A stretch of DNA of 64,000 nucleotides from Phoronis australis (lineage: Eukaryota > Animalia > Phoronida): NCBI GenBank assembly GCA_002633005.1, contig NMRA01000376.1:87414-151413 (forward strand). The letters run 5' to 3'. Under the pieces are notes generated by a model. It was not told where the DNA came from and searched no databases. It saw nothing but the letters and a program-made list of their open reading frames with translations. Positions 26,776-39,945 of this stretch are shown here, in pieces (position 1 is the first letter of the stretch; the number at the start of each line of letters is the position of its first letter). Made by a program: the position numbers and the translations under genes.

Positions 26776-27665
26776 CTACAAGTAAGTACGGTTTGAAAGG
26801 CATGAGTTGCTAGCAAATAGAACTCAGTGTTAAATCGTGGATTGTGAGAAAACTATTACTGAAGGTAATTAAATATTCACCTATTCACTACAACATGTGA
26901 CAAATAAGTAAAAGTTGAATGCCTTTATTTTTAAATAAATAAAATACATGCTGGAATGCTGTACAGTTACCGATGGATAAGAATATAAAATAGTAAAAAT
27001 AGTAAAATTAAAACGACGAGCGATGGAGGGGAATATTTTAATATATTTTAGTACTGATGCTTGTTGCTTTATTTTTACTATATTCTTTTATTTTTGGGGA
27101 AGTCACTAACGTAGGTCCAGGATTTTTAGAACCGGATTGATGCCCACGGAGGAAACCCATTCTCAAAATGTGGGACTCCTGCAAGTGACCATTACAGACC
27201 ATTTTCCCATCAAAACTATGCAGTTTTATATCATCAACAATGGGTATAGTATCACCGTCAAAATTACATCTAGTATGGAAGGCAGCCCTTCAAAATGGAT
27301 AAATGACACTTTGGACAATAAGCTAATGTGTGACGTAACAGCAAAAATACAGGGAGTAACTGTACTTAAAGATACCAACATCCGTGAAATAATGTTATTC
27401 ATAAAACAATGGCTTCTACTATTATTACAAGTTAAAATTCTTCAATTACTGCTTCTATGGCTGTCTATTAGCTGGAACTTTGCCAAGTATTTTGAATACT
27501 CACTGTGACAACATAAACTTGACGCATGACACAATAACATTCATAATATATTTTATTGCGAAAAAACATCTATTTCAGTAGCTTAATAGTTTTAGTCATA
27601 AAGTATGTGAACTTTGGCAAGGTTGATAAAGTACTAGTCAGTGATTTGTAGTTCAATGAACTCAC

Positions 27666-27751
27666 CTGATGACCCTTGTGTGACCTTTCAGTGTTGCCTT
27701 GGTAGTGACCTGGACAGTCTCCCACTCCATCACCTCAGCCACCTGGTTTGT
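27666..27751 (-). CDS. WDR59: WDR59 exon 4 (TNQVAEVMEWETVQVTTKATLKGHTRVI)
   Basis: tgcag/ acceptor, /gtgag donor; WD40 GH motif. Confidence 0.93.
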
Positions 27752-28642
27752 CTGCATCAAGACATGACTGTTATACAAACGTGTTTTCAATAGTTTAATA
27801 ATTGTAGAAGCATTAAGAACAAGTGAAAAGATGCACAAAAACACCCAATAGCCATTTTCTAAATGTGGAGGCGACATGATGAAATACGCCTTGTCACTAG
27901 ATGGCGATAGGGTAGTTAGTGGAGAGAACAGCTGCATAAATGATCACGGGTGAAATTCTGTCCCCCAATTTCACACTGTTAAACTGAACTCCCACAAGGT
28001 AAGAGCCTAAACGTATAACTGAACAAAAAATTTGCAAACAGTAGGTATTTTATAGAACATTTCACTTATAATTTTTTCTGGAATCTACAGTGATTGATGG
28101 AAAGCGTTGTTTGACATTCAACGAGGAAAATATTCCCCTTGAGCTAAAAAACCCAATTAATATCTTCAACTCTAGACACAGAGAGCCAGATTTTTCACTT
28201 TCAAAAAACAGACAAATCCGTGGTGAATGATTATGGGTTTTTCATAAATTAGTGAACCATTCAAAATAAATTAACTTACAGGTAATTAGTCATTGTAGAA
28301 AACAGGTTAGCTCTTTGGGCAAATTTCACCACTGACAGCTCCAGTACAAAGTGTTTCTCAAGCAAGAGCCAGAAAAACAACAATACTCTGAGATTGAAAA
28401 AATGTAACACTTGAAAATGTCAGTTGCAAAACAACGATCCAATGAGTTAGGCAACACTATTAAACAAAAAATAATGAAAATTTGATTTTATCCGGAAATT
28501 CATACAGTACTTCTGTTAGAAATGAGTACTTCTGCAAAAGAAGCCCGGTTCAATAAAGTCTACCTCTTTGTGGTTATTGCGAAAATGAGGGTCCACATAT
28601 CACAGTCATACCTCCTTGGTGGACTGCACCATGGGTACTTAC

Positions 28643-28778
28643 GGAAAGCACAAAACAGGCTGAATGTGCTTGATGAGGATTGAACTGTAGTGACCCGACT
28701 TCCCATTTACTTTGACGACTAACTTTCTTGATGTCGTCCAATGGCTGGTCAAGATTAACTAGAGCCAACGCCCTCTTT
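28643..28778 (-). CDS. WDR59: WDR59 exon 3 (KRALALVNLDQPLDDIKKVSRQSKWEVGSLQFNPH...)
   Basis: gatag/ acceptor, /gtaagt donor; lies in ORF 28574..28804. Confidence 0.93.
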
Positions 28779-29412
28779 CTATCAATAAGAACAATAGATG
28801 GCAAAATAAATGAATGGAACAGTTTATTAGATAAAAAGTGACAAAAATCAAAAAAATATTCAGTGATATCAACTCAAATAACAAAGAAACATTACAGAGC
28901 CAAATGTTTAACTCTGATGAAACTCACACAAATCAGATATGCATCAGTTAGACCTTGGCCTAACTGGACAAAATTCAACCATATGGCTGTTCTAGTTTGT
29001 GTATTCTGATAGACAGGACCATATTCCCGAGCTGTCACCCCAGAAGTTTTTCTGAAAATTTCTGTTCGCCCTGGCTAAACCATAAACTTTATGATGGTTT
29101 TTAATAGCATTCACGTGTAGAGTCTCTAGATTTTGTTAGCAAACAACAACTCGTAAGGTCAAAGAGGCCATAAACATCAACGGTCAGCGCCCCCTCTTGA
29201 ACCGGGTCAGAGGACTCCACTTACCCCATGAACCTGTTTCTGTTTTATTGGATAATAATGTGCACAGCACAATTTAACTTTTGACAGATTTTCAATCCAA
29301 TGACTTGAAATGTCCACTATTTGATAACCCACAAATCCAGAAAAATTAAGCCAAAGCAATGTCCTTAACTTCAAGGCTTTTTGACCGAACAAAAGTAAAT
29401 GTCAATACTTAC

Positions 29413-29462
29413 GATGCCAGCATCGCATACTGTCCTGCGTAGTCGACAGTCATACAGCTGGC
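29413..29462 (-). CDS. WDR59: WDR59 exon 2 (ASCMTVDYAGQYAMLAS)
   Basis: ttacag/ acceptor, /gtaagt donor, phase 0-2. Confidence 0.9.
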
Positions 29463-31389
29463 CTGTAATATGAAGTACTTAATTGTCAGTTAAGGGACTG
29501 GTACTGTTCACCAATGAACTGTTCAAACACAGTAATGCACCATAATCATGTTCAAAAAGTTTTGAGTCATGTCTATAAATTTTGAGCCATGTGTAAAAAG
29601 CCTGAAAGTTTTCTGCTTAGTTCGTTACTGCTGAGGGAGCAGACTCTACAAGTTGGCTTGTCATGGGGCGTCATATGGAAAGCATGGTCTGTACGAATGA
29701 CTGTTAGTTCTCATAAAAACAAGTTGAAACCAATCTTATGGCAGTATGTGGTCTGAATCAAAAGTTTGAATCTTAGACAAAATGTGGCTTTACAGCCGCG
29801 TTATTTTCATTCTTTTGCTGAAAAATGATAGAGACCTCACAATGCTCAGCAAGTTAAACTAATATGTAACAGCAGCTCTTTCTATGAATTAGCAAAAGGC
29901 AGAAATAAGCCCATGGATGCATTGCACAAAATTTGCCAATACTCAGCTGTGAAACAGAGATGGGCCATAAGAGCATATTTCACAAACTTGTGAAATGGAC
30001 ATACAACAAATGAATGGGGAAAATACTTGCTGAGTGTGTTAGTATTAACAAAAGTGAATTCCCTCGACATACTTAAGGAACCGCGAACAATCAAACCACT
30101 TATATTTGGCCTCTTTTTACCTTTCTCTAACAATGATGAATCAAATCGTCTGCCATCTTACAATCTCAGTTTTTAATCTAATAACGTCACGTAATGACCC
30201 AAATGCCAGCCAATCAGCCAAGTGAATGCTTCAGTTCCTGACTTCACAAAAATGTAAGTGGCAGAGTGACAAGTGAATAGTAAGAAGTTAAATCTGCGAG
30301 TGAATAAGTTCTTTCAAAGGGCTTGATTTCCATGCAGTTATATTCGCCGTAGTATTTCTGCAGATAAATGTGTTCAAGTGATTGCAATTTTGACGTGTGC
30401 AGGTTAACATTTGATGTTTAACTTAAGTGAGATATGTATAACTTAATTCTACATTTTCAATGTACATACGGACTTACAACCCTGTTTAAGGGTTGGTTTA
30501 CCGACTAGTATGACACTAGTGTTACTGAACTCTACCCAGCAGTTCTGGCAAGGTTCGCAATCATGCCACAATGTGACATGTGTGATTACCTGCTGCTTGA
30601 CCTTCAACCTGGGTCAGACAATAATTACCCAGATTGAAGACCAAGCAAAAGTAAATCACAGCGATGACCACGAGCGAATGGAGATAGCAACCTCCGCAGA
30701 CTTTTGACACATCTATATCTAACTTCCTGAGCATCGTTTGTGTGCAATGCCAATGGCATAATGCAGGGTAGAGTTCAGAGAGACGGGGAAATTCGGACAC
30801 TGGGGGGGAAATTCGGACAGAGCGTAGGGGAAACTTGGACTAGTATAGGTAAAATTCGGACAAAATCAACCCAACCACGGATAAGCGCTTATTGCCACGC
30901 TTCTTTCTACTCAAATTTTGTTCGCGATAGCTTCAGCGACATCTGTTAACGAAGCTGGCAACCTGTGCTGCTCTGAGCTGACTTCGTGTTTGTATATATT
31001 CGTGTTTTTATAGACCAACATATTTGTGACATCAGATTTCGTTATTGGTTCAAATATTAATCTTTTAAGCTTATTTGCAGTTTTGGAAAAGATCTATGAT
31101 AATGAGAGCAAATCTTCTGGTGTCCAATAGAGTTCGGTGGTGTCAATACTGAACAATTAGTGAGACACATGGAACTTTTTATTATCATTATTCAAATACA
31201 ATTCTGTAAGTACAAAATGTGGGACACGGTGCAAGTGGCAAAAGTCCATTGTTGCAGAGGGCAACTGTGCTGCTTTCGTTGACTTTTCTTTTCAGCACTT
31301 CCCAGTATTAAATGTGTGATGGGATGCCCGAGTGCGGCGATTGTAGCAGATGGCAACCGTGTTACTTTACCCAGCTTTCCTTCTCAGCA

Positions 31390-31900
31390 CATCGCCGTTT
31401 TTCTTCTATATGACGTCTGACGTGAGCAGCTTATGAGTGGTCGATCCCATCCTCCTTTTGGTCAGCTCTCAACTGGTCAGCGAAGGAGGCAGGAATACTT
31501 CTCCGACAGCGTTGCCCAAATCCGCGTCAGAACTTGATGCTGCTTTCAGAGGACCAAACACCGTTCTGTCCAGGGGCAGGAGAGTGTGTGTGCAATGTCA
31601 TAGTAGAAGGGACAGCAACAAGATATTTTCTGCCATAGCCCTTTCTATTATAGCAATCGATTCATGAGAAGAGTGGCCATCAAAATTAAGCATTCCGGAC
31701 CACAAAACTTGAGGAAGATTTCCACAAACCACTTTTCCACTATGTCCTCATCAATCCAGCCATTCTTTTGGGAGGTCCACACGCAATCATTTGGAGCTGC
31801 AGCCACGTTGTATCCATGAAGAGACCGGTTTGTTTTTCCTTTCGTAATTACCATCGGCGGCATTCTATTGCCGGCAGCGCTGACACACGCCATCACCTTA
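31390..31900 (-). pseudogene. pogo-like DDE transposase fragment
   Basis: VMACVSAAGNRMPPMVI..KNGWID..WF, frameshift, then DGHSSH...*HCTHTLLPLDRTVFGPLK. Confidence 0.88.
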
Positions 31901-32013
31901 GTTAATGTTTGGATAATAAGTAACATAGCTTGTCCCAATTTTTGCACTGGCTTTGGGTGCAGGATACCATTTTAAACAAAGCGCGGATGTAGTCTACCCC
32001 AGCCGACTCCACC

Positions 32014-32124
32014 CAGCGGCGGATCCCTGCATCTCTACATTTTAAGCTGGGTGTGTGCATGTGGCGAAATTCTGGTTATTCCTGTGTCCTGGCCGCCCTA
32101 ACTCAAAATCCTGGACCCGCCCTG
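32014..32124. mobile_element. CAG..CTG MITE family copy (short), 5-bp TSD ccacc
   Basis: cagcggcggatcc...ggacccgccctg; shares gcgaaattctggttattcctgtg..actcaaaatcctgga with other copies. Confidence 0.8.
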
Positions 32125-33247
32125 CCACCTACGCACCTGCTGCGGTTAAGTGTCGGTACAAGGGCCAACCACTGTGGCTTTACATGAGAGTGTATACAGG
32201 TTATTGTTTTTGAGAATATTTCAAACAATTTTATAATTTATCAGTTTCAGCTTGAAGCGAATAACATCTTTAAAATTTGACGACTTGTCATGTCCACCGT
32301 TTAACGATGTGACAGCCGGTATGCAGCCGACTAGGAAAATGTGAGTATTTCACATGACGAACAGCGCCATCATTGTTGAATATTTAAATCATGAATTGAC
32401 CTCTTTTACATGAAAAGGTTATCACGTGAGTTTGAAAAATCTCGTGGATTCAAAAACGGCGCCTTGCACTGGCATCCGAATTTTACCGCAGCTTATAAAA
32501 AGTTGGAGGGGAAATTTGGACACTCAATTTTTATCATATCATGCTTTTTTGTATGTTTTTTAATTAAAATTAACACAGAAAACAGGATATCCATGCATTA
32601 GGCGTCTTGTAAATCCAAATGCAATTGCACGTCAAGCAGTCATGTGATCTAAATATAACTTGTAAATGGCAGTGTACCTACTGCAGACTTTCAAGATCGC
32701 GAAGAGAAGCAGACGTCAAATCGAGGAATGGTGATGAGCATGCATCAAATGTCCTGAAACCTTGTTGCAATTCAAAGATACATAATAAAAAAAATCATAC
32801 TATTGTTAAATGAAACGAGGAAGCTTTTCATTTATAAGAAAGGGTGGGTATAGGTGGTGATTTATTTGACATTCATTTAGATTCGTCCGAATTTTACTGC
32901 TGTCCGAGTTTCCCCAAACTACCCCTACCCACTTTTTTACTTTCGATGTATCCTAGAGGTAGGCTATATGCACTTTCATCATCAGATATTAAGACTACTA
33001 ACAGGGCAACTCGCAGGAGCAACCACAATTCCGTTCAGCACACCCATGCCAGAACAAACGCCTACAAATTGGACAAGACAAGGTATGTTTTACTTTCTTT
33101 CAAGCTAACATCTCTGCCTGGTAGATGGAAATAAGCTCAATGTTTTGTGCACGTTTGAGTCCGGTCACGTGAAATCATCTGATACTTGCACCGAAGCTCA
33201 TCCTCTATTCTCATATCCATCAATCACCTTAATAAGTTCAAACCAAC

Positions 33248-33304
33248 CTGCAATTCGCGATATTCTGCAGCAACATACTCTGCACTCCATCTCACCGCCG
33301 CCAT
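33248..33304 (-). CDS. WDR59: WDR59 exon 1 (MAAVRWSAEYVAAEYRELQ)
   Basis: caacATGG start context, donor CAG/gttggt, resembles the WDR59 N-terminus MAARWSSE...FRDSQ. Confidence 0.9.
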
Positions 33305-33409
33305 GTTGCTCTCTAACCCCACCTACCGGTACGAAACCTCATCCCTGATGCAGCCGCGAAAGACCGTAGTGCCCTAAGGGGAGGGAGGTAGGGAGGTAGG
33401 GACTTTTAC

Positions 33410-34560
33410 ATTAAGTTATAATAATACAATGATTATACAATTCGATTTCAGTTAGGAGGCCTTGAAAGGTTATTGACCGCTAACAAGAAGGTCCCCTAGT
33501 GTACGAAATAAATAAATGGAAATGCAAAAATCAGACTGAGGAATATGTGAGGAAGCCATATATATAACATACTTAACAAAACAAAGTGTCGAATTAGCGC
33601 TGAAAACGACCGACACGCCAGGAACCAAAAAGTGGACTGGCACATCTCAGGAGATTTTGGGCCCGGGAATACAATTAGATACTGTTACATATGAAGCAAT
33701 CGGATATATGACAAACTGGATCGTAGTTGCTAATAATAAAATTGGTTAAGAACTTGAATGCTGGCAAAGAATGTTTTTATTATCGTGATTTATAGCAGAA
33801 ACTGGTATTTCGTTGTTGTTTATAAGTCGAGGAATTTCAAATTTAATACAGGCTCTTGATGACAATTTGTTGGACGGAGGAATTAAAATTTTGGGTTGTA
33901 TTGTCGGAATAGCAGCTGAGTATTGATTCAGGTATGTAGGAGTTTTAATGTGTCTGGTTGGTTTATGTTGGATGGGTTTACTAAAGAAGTTGTTAGTGTA
34001 AAAATATTTAGAAAGCTGATTATTGAGGAATTTGTAGTAAAATTTTGCAGTTGAGATTTTAAAGATGTCTTGAAGTAGAGAGAGGCGAAGTTCCTTACAT
34101 ATGGGCAGAGAGTGAGTATTATAACTGGAATTTGATATATTCCGAAGGATCCTCTTCTGGGCTGTCTGGAGCTGCCAAAACCCCAAGTTGCAATGCCATA
34201 GTTTAAATGTCAGTGGGAGGACAAATGAATTATATATTAACTTGAGAGCTGGAAGAGGAAGATAAGTTTTCAATTTATATAAGAGTCCACCGAGATTGTT
34301 CAGTTTGTTTGAGATGAGGTTTATGTGGGGCGACCAGGGGTTTTTGTCAACGGTAATACCAAGGAAAAGAAAACTGTTTTCATGACATATGGTTTTGCTA
34401 TTTATATAAATGGTGGGAATAATACATTTTTCAATTTTCTTTTGAGGGTAGTGGAAGATCATTAATTTACTTTTTGATGTGTTAATTGAAAGTTTGTTCA
34501 CGGAAAACCAGTCTGAAATAGATTTAAGGTTGTTGTTGATGGTGGTTGATTGCTTTAAAG
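33410..34560 (-). mobile_element. 5'-truncated CR1/L2-type LINE (RT C-terminal part and 3' UTR)
   Basis: ORF 33746..34609: WFSVNKLSINTSKSKLMIF, FLGITVD, W..HI..ISNKL, LKLIYNSFVLP, LQTAQKRILRNI; the first ~16 residues of the ORF come from the adjacent MITE. Confidence 0.88.
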
Positions 34561-34567
34561 TGTTTGG

Positions 34568-34761
34568 CACTAGCATATGCGGGGCTCGGGAGGCGAATGC
34601 ACAATGCATAGGCCTTGAATAAACCCTTTTTTAGTGATAAGGTCCACAAACCCAAAAATTCGAGACCCCCTACATCCCCACATTTTAAGCTGGGCGCTTA
34701 AGGCGAAATTCTGCTTATTCCTGTGCCTCCCCCCCAACTCAAAATCCTAGATCTGCCCCTG
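34568..34761. mobile_element. CAG..CTG MITE family copy (truncated)
   Basis: strong similarity to 39685-39895. Confidence 0.75.
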
Positions 34762-35541
34762 GTACGCAAGTCTAAATTCCAGAAAAAACGTCTATTTTAC
34801 CTCAATCTGATACCTCCGGTCACTAAAGTCGAATACTTGATAGGGCATTGCAATATATCACATGTAGAAATTTCCAAATCTGATTTCTAAAAGTCAATGT
34901 GAAAACTGAGGACCAATTCACCTAATCGTAATTTATGTATATGAGGCGAGGTCCTGTTGGTGCACTGATGACTTGCCACGTCAGTACAGTTGAAGCACTG
35001 ATGTCTCGATCTAGCGATACCGTAGACATATGTCAACCTCTGAGTGACTCTTCCTACTGAAACAATATCTACACTGGTCGGAGTTGCTTAGTTTTAGTAC
35101 AGAGCTGTAGGCCTACATGCCAGTGCGCCTACTTACGCAATAATGTGCCGTTTTCATCAAAGCAGTTGTTTGCTCGGTTCGAAGTCAGTTGTCCTTACAG
35201 TGGACACGGCTAGGCAGCAACCATTTGTTAGCGTTTGTAAAGTATATAAGTCGCTGTATAATGTATTTCTGTGCATTTCTTAATTACTTCTGGATGTTTC
35301 AGTAGTGAGATAATCACCCAGTCTTTGTACCGTCTTCTAAGATTTAAAATATACTTTAAGTCTAACATTTTGCAACGGATAATGCAAGATACATTCACAT
35401 AATATACAATATATATGCTCCTTAGTTTTACTCAATTATTTATGTAGCTCTGCGTTCCTAATTCCAGATACAGACACAGTCGCATGGGCCTGATCGATAG
35501 GCAATTAACATATGGTACTTTTAGTCATACCTCCAACAGCC

Positions 35542-36703
35542 TTAAATGTAATCAAAATAATGTTTTTGATAGCACCACAAAAAGTGTCTACAATATTGGC
35601 GTCATCGTCAGATTGCATGATGTCTTTGGAGAGGCCATCAAAGAGATCCTTGTCATAACGTTCCGCTGCAACAACGTTGTTACGAGCGCTGGTCGCCTCT
35701 GAAAAAACAATGTACAATACCCACGAGAAAGCAACACCAAATCCCGCGCGCCTACGAAATTGCTCAACCAAGAGCTCGTACGTGAAACAACTGGGGACTC
35801 TCACACCCGCAATGTTGACAACGCTGACAAATTTGGCGCAGTAATCTCGGAGAACTGTATCCAGATATTGCCTACGAAACGCTTCAGTTGTGCTCATGAA
35901 AATCATGGTAACCAAATCCACTGCAGGCGATCCCTTCCTCACCATCTGTAAGTCGATGAATTTGAAGTCGGTCACAATTTTACTTCCTTGCAAAGAGTTG
36001 GCATATTTGAAAAGCATATTTCCACTGAGGCCTGAAATCTCGGTGATATAGCACGTTGAACTTGGAATCAGGTGCAAAGGCTAGCTCGCTCATATATTCC
36101 AGATACATCCATCGACTGATGCTTGTCGAGAACACAATGCATGTCTTTGTTGCTGATTTTATTTCGTACAACGTTGAGGCAAACATCAAAGTTGAACTTG
36201 ACTGGCTTTTTGAATATTCTCATCATCGGACCATGCAGGGGCGTATCTCTCCTGAAAGAGAGCCTCGTAATCAGTTCTAAGATTATTAACCGAGCCCTGA
36301 CCTAAGGCCAAGGAGAGCGCGTGGAATGTGGCCAGTCCTTCGACAGCAAGTTTGCAATGCTCCTTATCAAATTTGCCGTCTAACGTGGTGACAGAAAAGC
36401 CTTGTGTGGAGAGATCCTCCAGAGCCATGAATTAAACCCCATCACTTTGACTTTTGATAAGAGAAGGAGCCGGGACCCTTACGGATTGCGTTTTCGAGAA
36501 TTTCTCCATCGCACATATGAGCTTTGCATAAGAAATTTCTTCTTTTTCACGAAGCATTTACCGTAACTCATTTTCAGTTGCATTGTCCATATGGCAATCG
36601 TCTCGTTGTACAACAATTTTGAGAATCACTGAGCGCTGTTTAGTTTCGCCCTCTGTTGATACACTTGCAGTGACACCTCGGACCTTGGTGATGATGTCTT
36701 GTA
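35542..36703 (-). pseudogene. EcKL/CHK-like kinase catalytic exon A (disrupted)
   Basis: paralogous to 41300-42450 over its length; acceptor atttcag/ at 36704; in-frame TAA at 36558-36560 and near 36433; frameshifts near 36230, 36030 and 35560. Confidence 0.9.
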
Positions 36704-36929
36704 CTGAAATGGTAAAGTGAAAATGTTTGCAGAACACCATTTCAAAAATGAATAAAAGTTTAAAGCCCGTGTCACAGTTTTCTTTTATTAAAATGGCATT
36801 AAACCCGTGCTTTCTGCTTGGAGTTAGGACATTTACGGTTATAGAATTGATCACTTTTTGAGACATTTATTCAGTCATACTCACAGACTTTATAAAAAGG
36901 CGGTAAAATTGAATTGGTATAAGTACGAT

Positions 36930-37188
36930 CAAGCGCGCACCCAGGGGTGGGGGCTGGGGGGGAGGGTCGAACGAGTCCCCTAATTTGGCCAAGTGGGCAA
37001 AAAAGTCCACCTCCGAGAAATAAAAACTCCGAAAAAAGTACAAAACGAGACAAAAGTTCACTAAAACGGCAGGAACTACCTAAATTCGGCGAATGCACAA
37101 TTCATAGCTCTGAACGTTCCCCATGAATCTTAAGGTCCACATTTTCAAATATTCGAGCCCCCCATTTTTAGGCTGGGTGCGCGCATGA
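36930..37188. mobile_element. Diverged MITE family copy
   Basis: gcgaatgcacaat...aaggtccac...ttcgagccccc...ttttaggctgggtgcgcgcatg shared with 39587-39895. Confidence 0.6.
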
Positions 37189-38241
37189 CGAACAATGTTA
37201 ATTTTATCTGCTTCCCCAGTCACTCACATTCCCTTACAATTGGGGATCATTTTGGAGAATATATCCTGAATTTTGTAATACTCAAATATTTCTGTTTTAA
37301 GTAAATTGAAACGTGACAAATACGTGGTAAATCTGGCGATTTATATGATACTAGCCTAAAGTTATCATTTAATTACAAAAATTTTGGTCCTGCGAATGTC
37401 CTGAAGAGCTACATGTATATCCTTCAAAATATAAGTTAAGGATAAATTACAGTAACTCTTTGACCTTGCCTTGTTTCTTACTCAGTTGAGAAGTGGTCTC
37501 TAGGATCAAGAAGAAGTGACAGATTGTTATTTCTTCAGAACAAACCAATAAAACTTCAGATTAGTTCTTTCTAAGCACGAAATCAGGCCAACGAATCATA
37601 CACCAAATATAATCGTGGTGGCGATTTGCCTTCCCAAGCTTCTACATGAGAAAGAAAAACTGAAATAGATTGGTCTCAATGGAGGTTATCATGCAAGAAT
37701 CACATGAAGTAACGTTAATTGTTGTTAGTCTTCCTTTGAGATTGAAGTTTGGCGTTTAAATTCAAGTCTATTGGAAGAAATAGCACCCTTTGTTTAGACC
37801 AGTCCTGTTATCGTCTGTGGGAAAACAATGTTTTCACAAGAGCATTCTCAAATTTTCATTATTTCTTTTTGGTACAGTAGATGCTTACAAAAATGCTGCA
37901 TTTTCGATTTTGCGCCAATAATTAATACATACTGAACATTACTTACATTCTAAGTGACGTCAACCTAGGGTAAAGGTTAACTAAAGCGTCCGTGATCGCG
38001 TCATCTTGAACACAAGGGGTTCCCTAACCGTGGTGCCACTGACGGTGCCTGACATTGTCAGTACATGCGACTTCGTAATGACGTACACTTTGATCACCAA
38101 CGTCAACTGATTCTCTCAAACATGACATCCAATGAAACTCAAGCCAGGTTGAAGCGCAATTTGAGGCTAAAAATACCAAGGCACGATACCAGCGGCCAAA
38201 GGTCATTGCAGTCTTATTTACAAACGGTACAAACAGTACAC

Positions 38242-39389
38242 TTAAATGTCAACAAAGTAATGCCCCTCAACTGCTTCCTGAAAAGTTTGCACGATATCGT
38301 CGTCGTCACCAGCATGCAAAATATCCTTACACAATTGTTCAAATATTTCTCTGTCGTAGCGATCTGCCGCTGCTATACTGCCACGTGCTGTTGTTTGCGA
38401 AAACACCATGTACATAATCCAAGAATAAACGACACCGAAGCCCGCTCTTTCGCGAAAGTGTTGCAGCAGCATATCGAAAGTAAAACAGTCGGGCACTGCT
38501 ACGTCAGCTCTATGAAGAATGTCGATGAACTTGGAGAAGTAGTCATGGAGAATCTTATCAAGATATTGCCGCCGAAAGGCAGCAGTCGTGCTAGTGAATA
38601 GCATGGCGACTAAATCAACGGCAGGCGATCCAACTGTGACGATTTGTAGGTCGATGAATTTAAAGTCTGATACAACCTTTTTTCCTACCGCAGTGTCAGC
38701 GTACTTAAACATCATGTTCCCAGGCTTGAAATCTCGGTGACACACCACGTTGAACGTGGAATCTGGAGCAAAAGCTCTCTCAAACAAATTTGACGCGTCC
38801 TTACATTCAAGCTTGTCAATGAACTCAAGCATCTTTTTCTCACTGATTTTCGTGCGAAGCACTTTCAAGCAGACATCCAAGTTGAATCTGGCGGCATTTT
38901 TCATCGCGTTCGTCATGGGTCCCGGAGCGTCTCTTTCCAGAAACAAGATTTCATAATCATTTCGTAAATTTTCAACCGAACCCCGACCCAGTGCTACAGA
39001 CAGGGCGTGGAACGTTGCCAGTCCTTCAACAACGAGTTTGCAATGATCGTAATCTAATTTATCGTCATAAGATGTCACTCTGAATCCTTGCGCGGTGAGG
39101 TCTCCTAGTAAAATAAATTTGGTTCCCTCGCTTTCGCTCTTGATAAGCGAGGGTGCCGGAACATTAAGGAAACCACCTCCTCTAGTTACAATCTTCTCCA
39201 TTGCTGGTATGAGTAGAGTATATGAAAGTTCCTCTTTTTCAAATAGCAACATTTCTCTCACCAGTTTCTCGTCCACGTGACAATCTTCTCTATTTTGAAC
39301 TACTTTCACAACCATTGAGTACTGTTTCGTGTCACCCGCTTCAACCACGGTGGCGGTGATGCCACGAACTTTCGTTATGTAGTCTTTTT
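38242..39389 (-). CDS. EcKL/CHK-like kinase catalytic exon B (intact; 424 aa if joined to exon 45519-45645)
   Basis: acceptor tgcaatttcag/ phase 1; motifs VVK, LFEKE, LGDLTAQGF, LATFHALS, VCHRDFKPGNMMF, FIDLQ, GSPAVDL. Confidence 0.9.
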
Positions 39390-39586
39390 CTGAAATTGCA
39401 TAGCAGACTTATATTGTGTCAAGAGTACATGTCCGCAGTGACTCAAACATTCTCAAGTTTACGGAGAATAAGTGACAAAGAATTAACATTCACGAGCATT
39501 ACACTTCCTCGTATGTTAACAAAATAACACGATGCGTTACGTGACCAACCTAGGATCGTCTTATGAGGCCAGACAAGTCACTAAGC

Positions 39587-39895
39587 CAGTGGCGGATTTA
39601 GGGGGAGGGGGGCAAGGGGGCCATGGCCCCCCCTAAAATTCTCCCAGATTCCATTTGGCAGTTTGGGGTGTGACTGATTTGCTGACTAGCATATGCGCGC
39701 ACCCAGGAGGGCTCGGGGGGTGAATGCACAATGCACAGGCCTTGAACAAACCCCGTTTTTAGTAATAAGGTCAACAAACCCAAAAATTCGAGACCCCCTA
39801 CATCCCTACATTTTAGACTGGGCGCGCGCATGAGGCGAAATTCTGGTTATTGCTGTACCCTGACCCCCCAACTCAAAATCCTGGATCCGACACTG
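39587..39895. mobile_element. CAG..CTG MITE family copy (full length)
   Basis: TIRs cagtggcggatt / ggatccgacactg; flanks taagc / taaac. Confidence 0.85.
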
Positions 39896-39945
39896 TAAAC
39901 CACTATTTTTATTGATTCATTTTCATCATAATGGTTATTCTTTCT

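Larger units (their letters stand above)
30767..32930 (-). mobile_element. Decayed pogo/Tigger-like (DDE_1) DNA transposon in WDR59 intron 1
   Basis: inverted termini built of ggggaaaYtcggaca motifs at ~30767-30867 and ~32880-32930; internal DDE remnants. Confidence 0.75.
6933..33304 (-). other. WDR59: WDR59 (GATOR2 complex WD40/RWD protein) gene span; 21 coding exons traced, 3' end not found in window
   Basis: 21 exons with AG/GT boundaries join in frame with consistent phases (2319 nt, 773 codons); peptides match recalled WDR59 motifs in order (SRQSKW, GHTRVI, HLSKIHGLDW, VPQLRR, TLQQEFSL, FPAQYPN, PFPRTSGA, PWAHHPFGR, DVQTLA). Confidence 0.96.

Noticed and set aside
35505-36866. Several separate short kinase genes (ORFs 35505..36077, 36186..36428, 36558..36866)
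   Set aside because: They are collinear fragments of one disrupted exon
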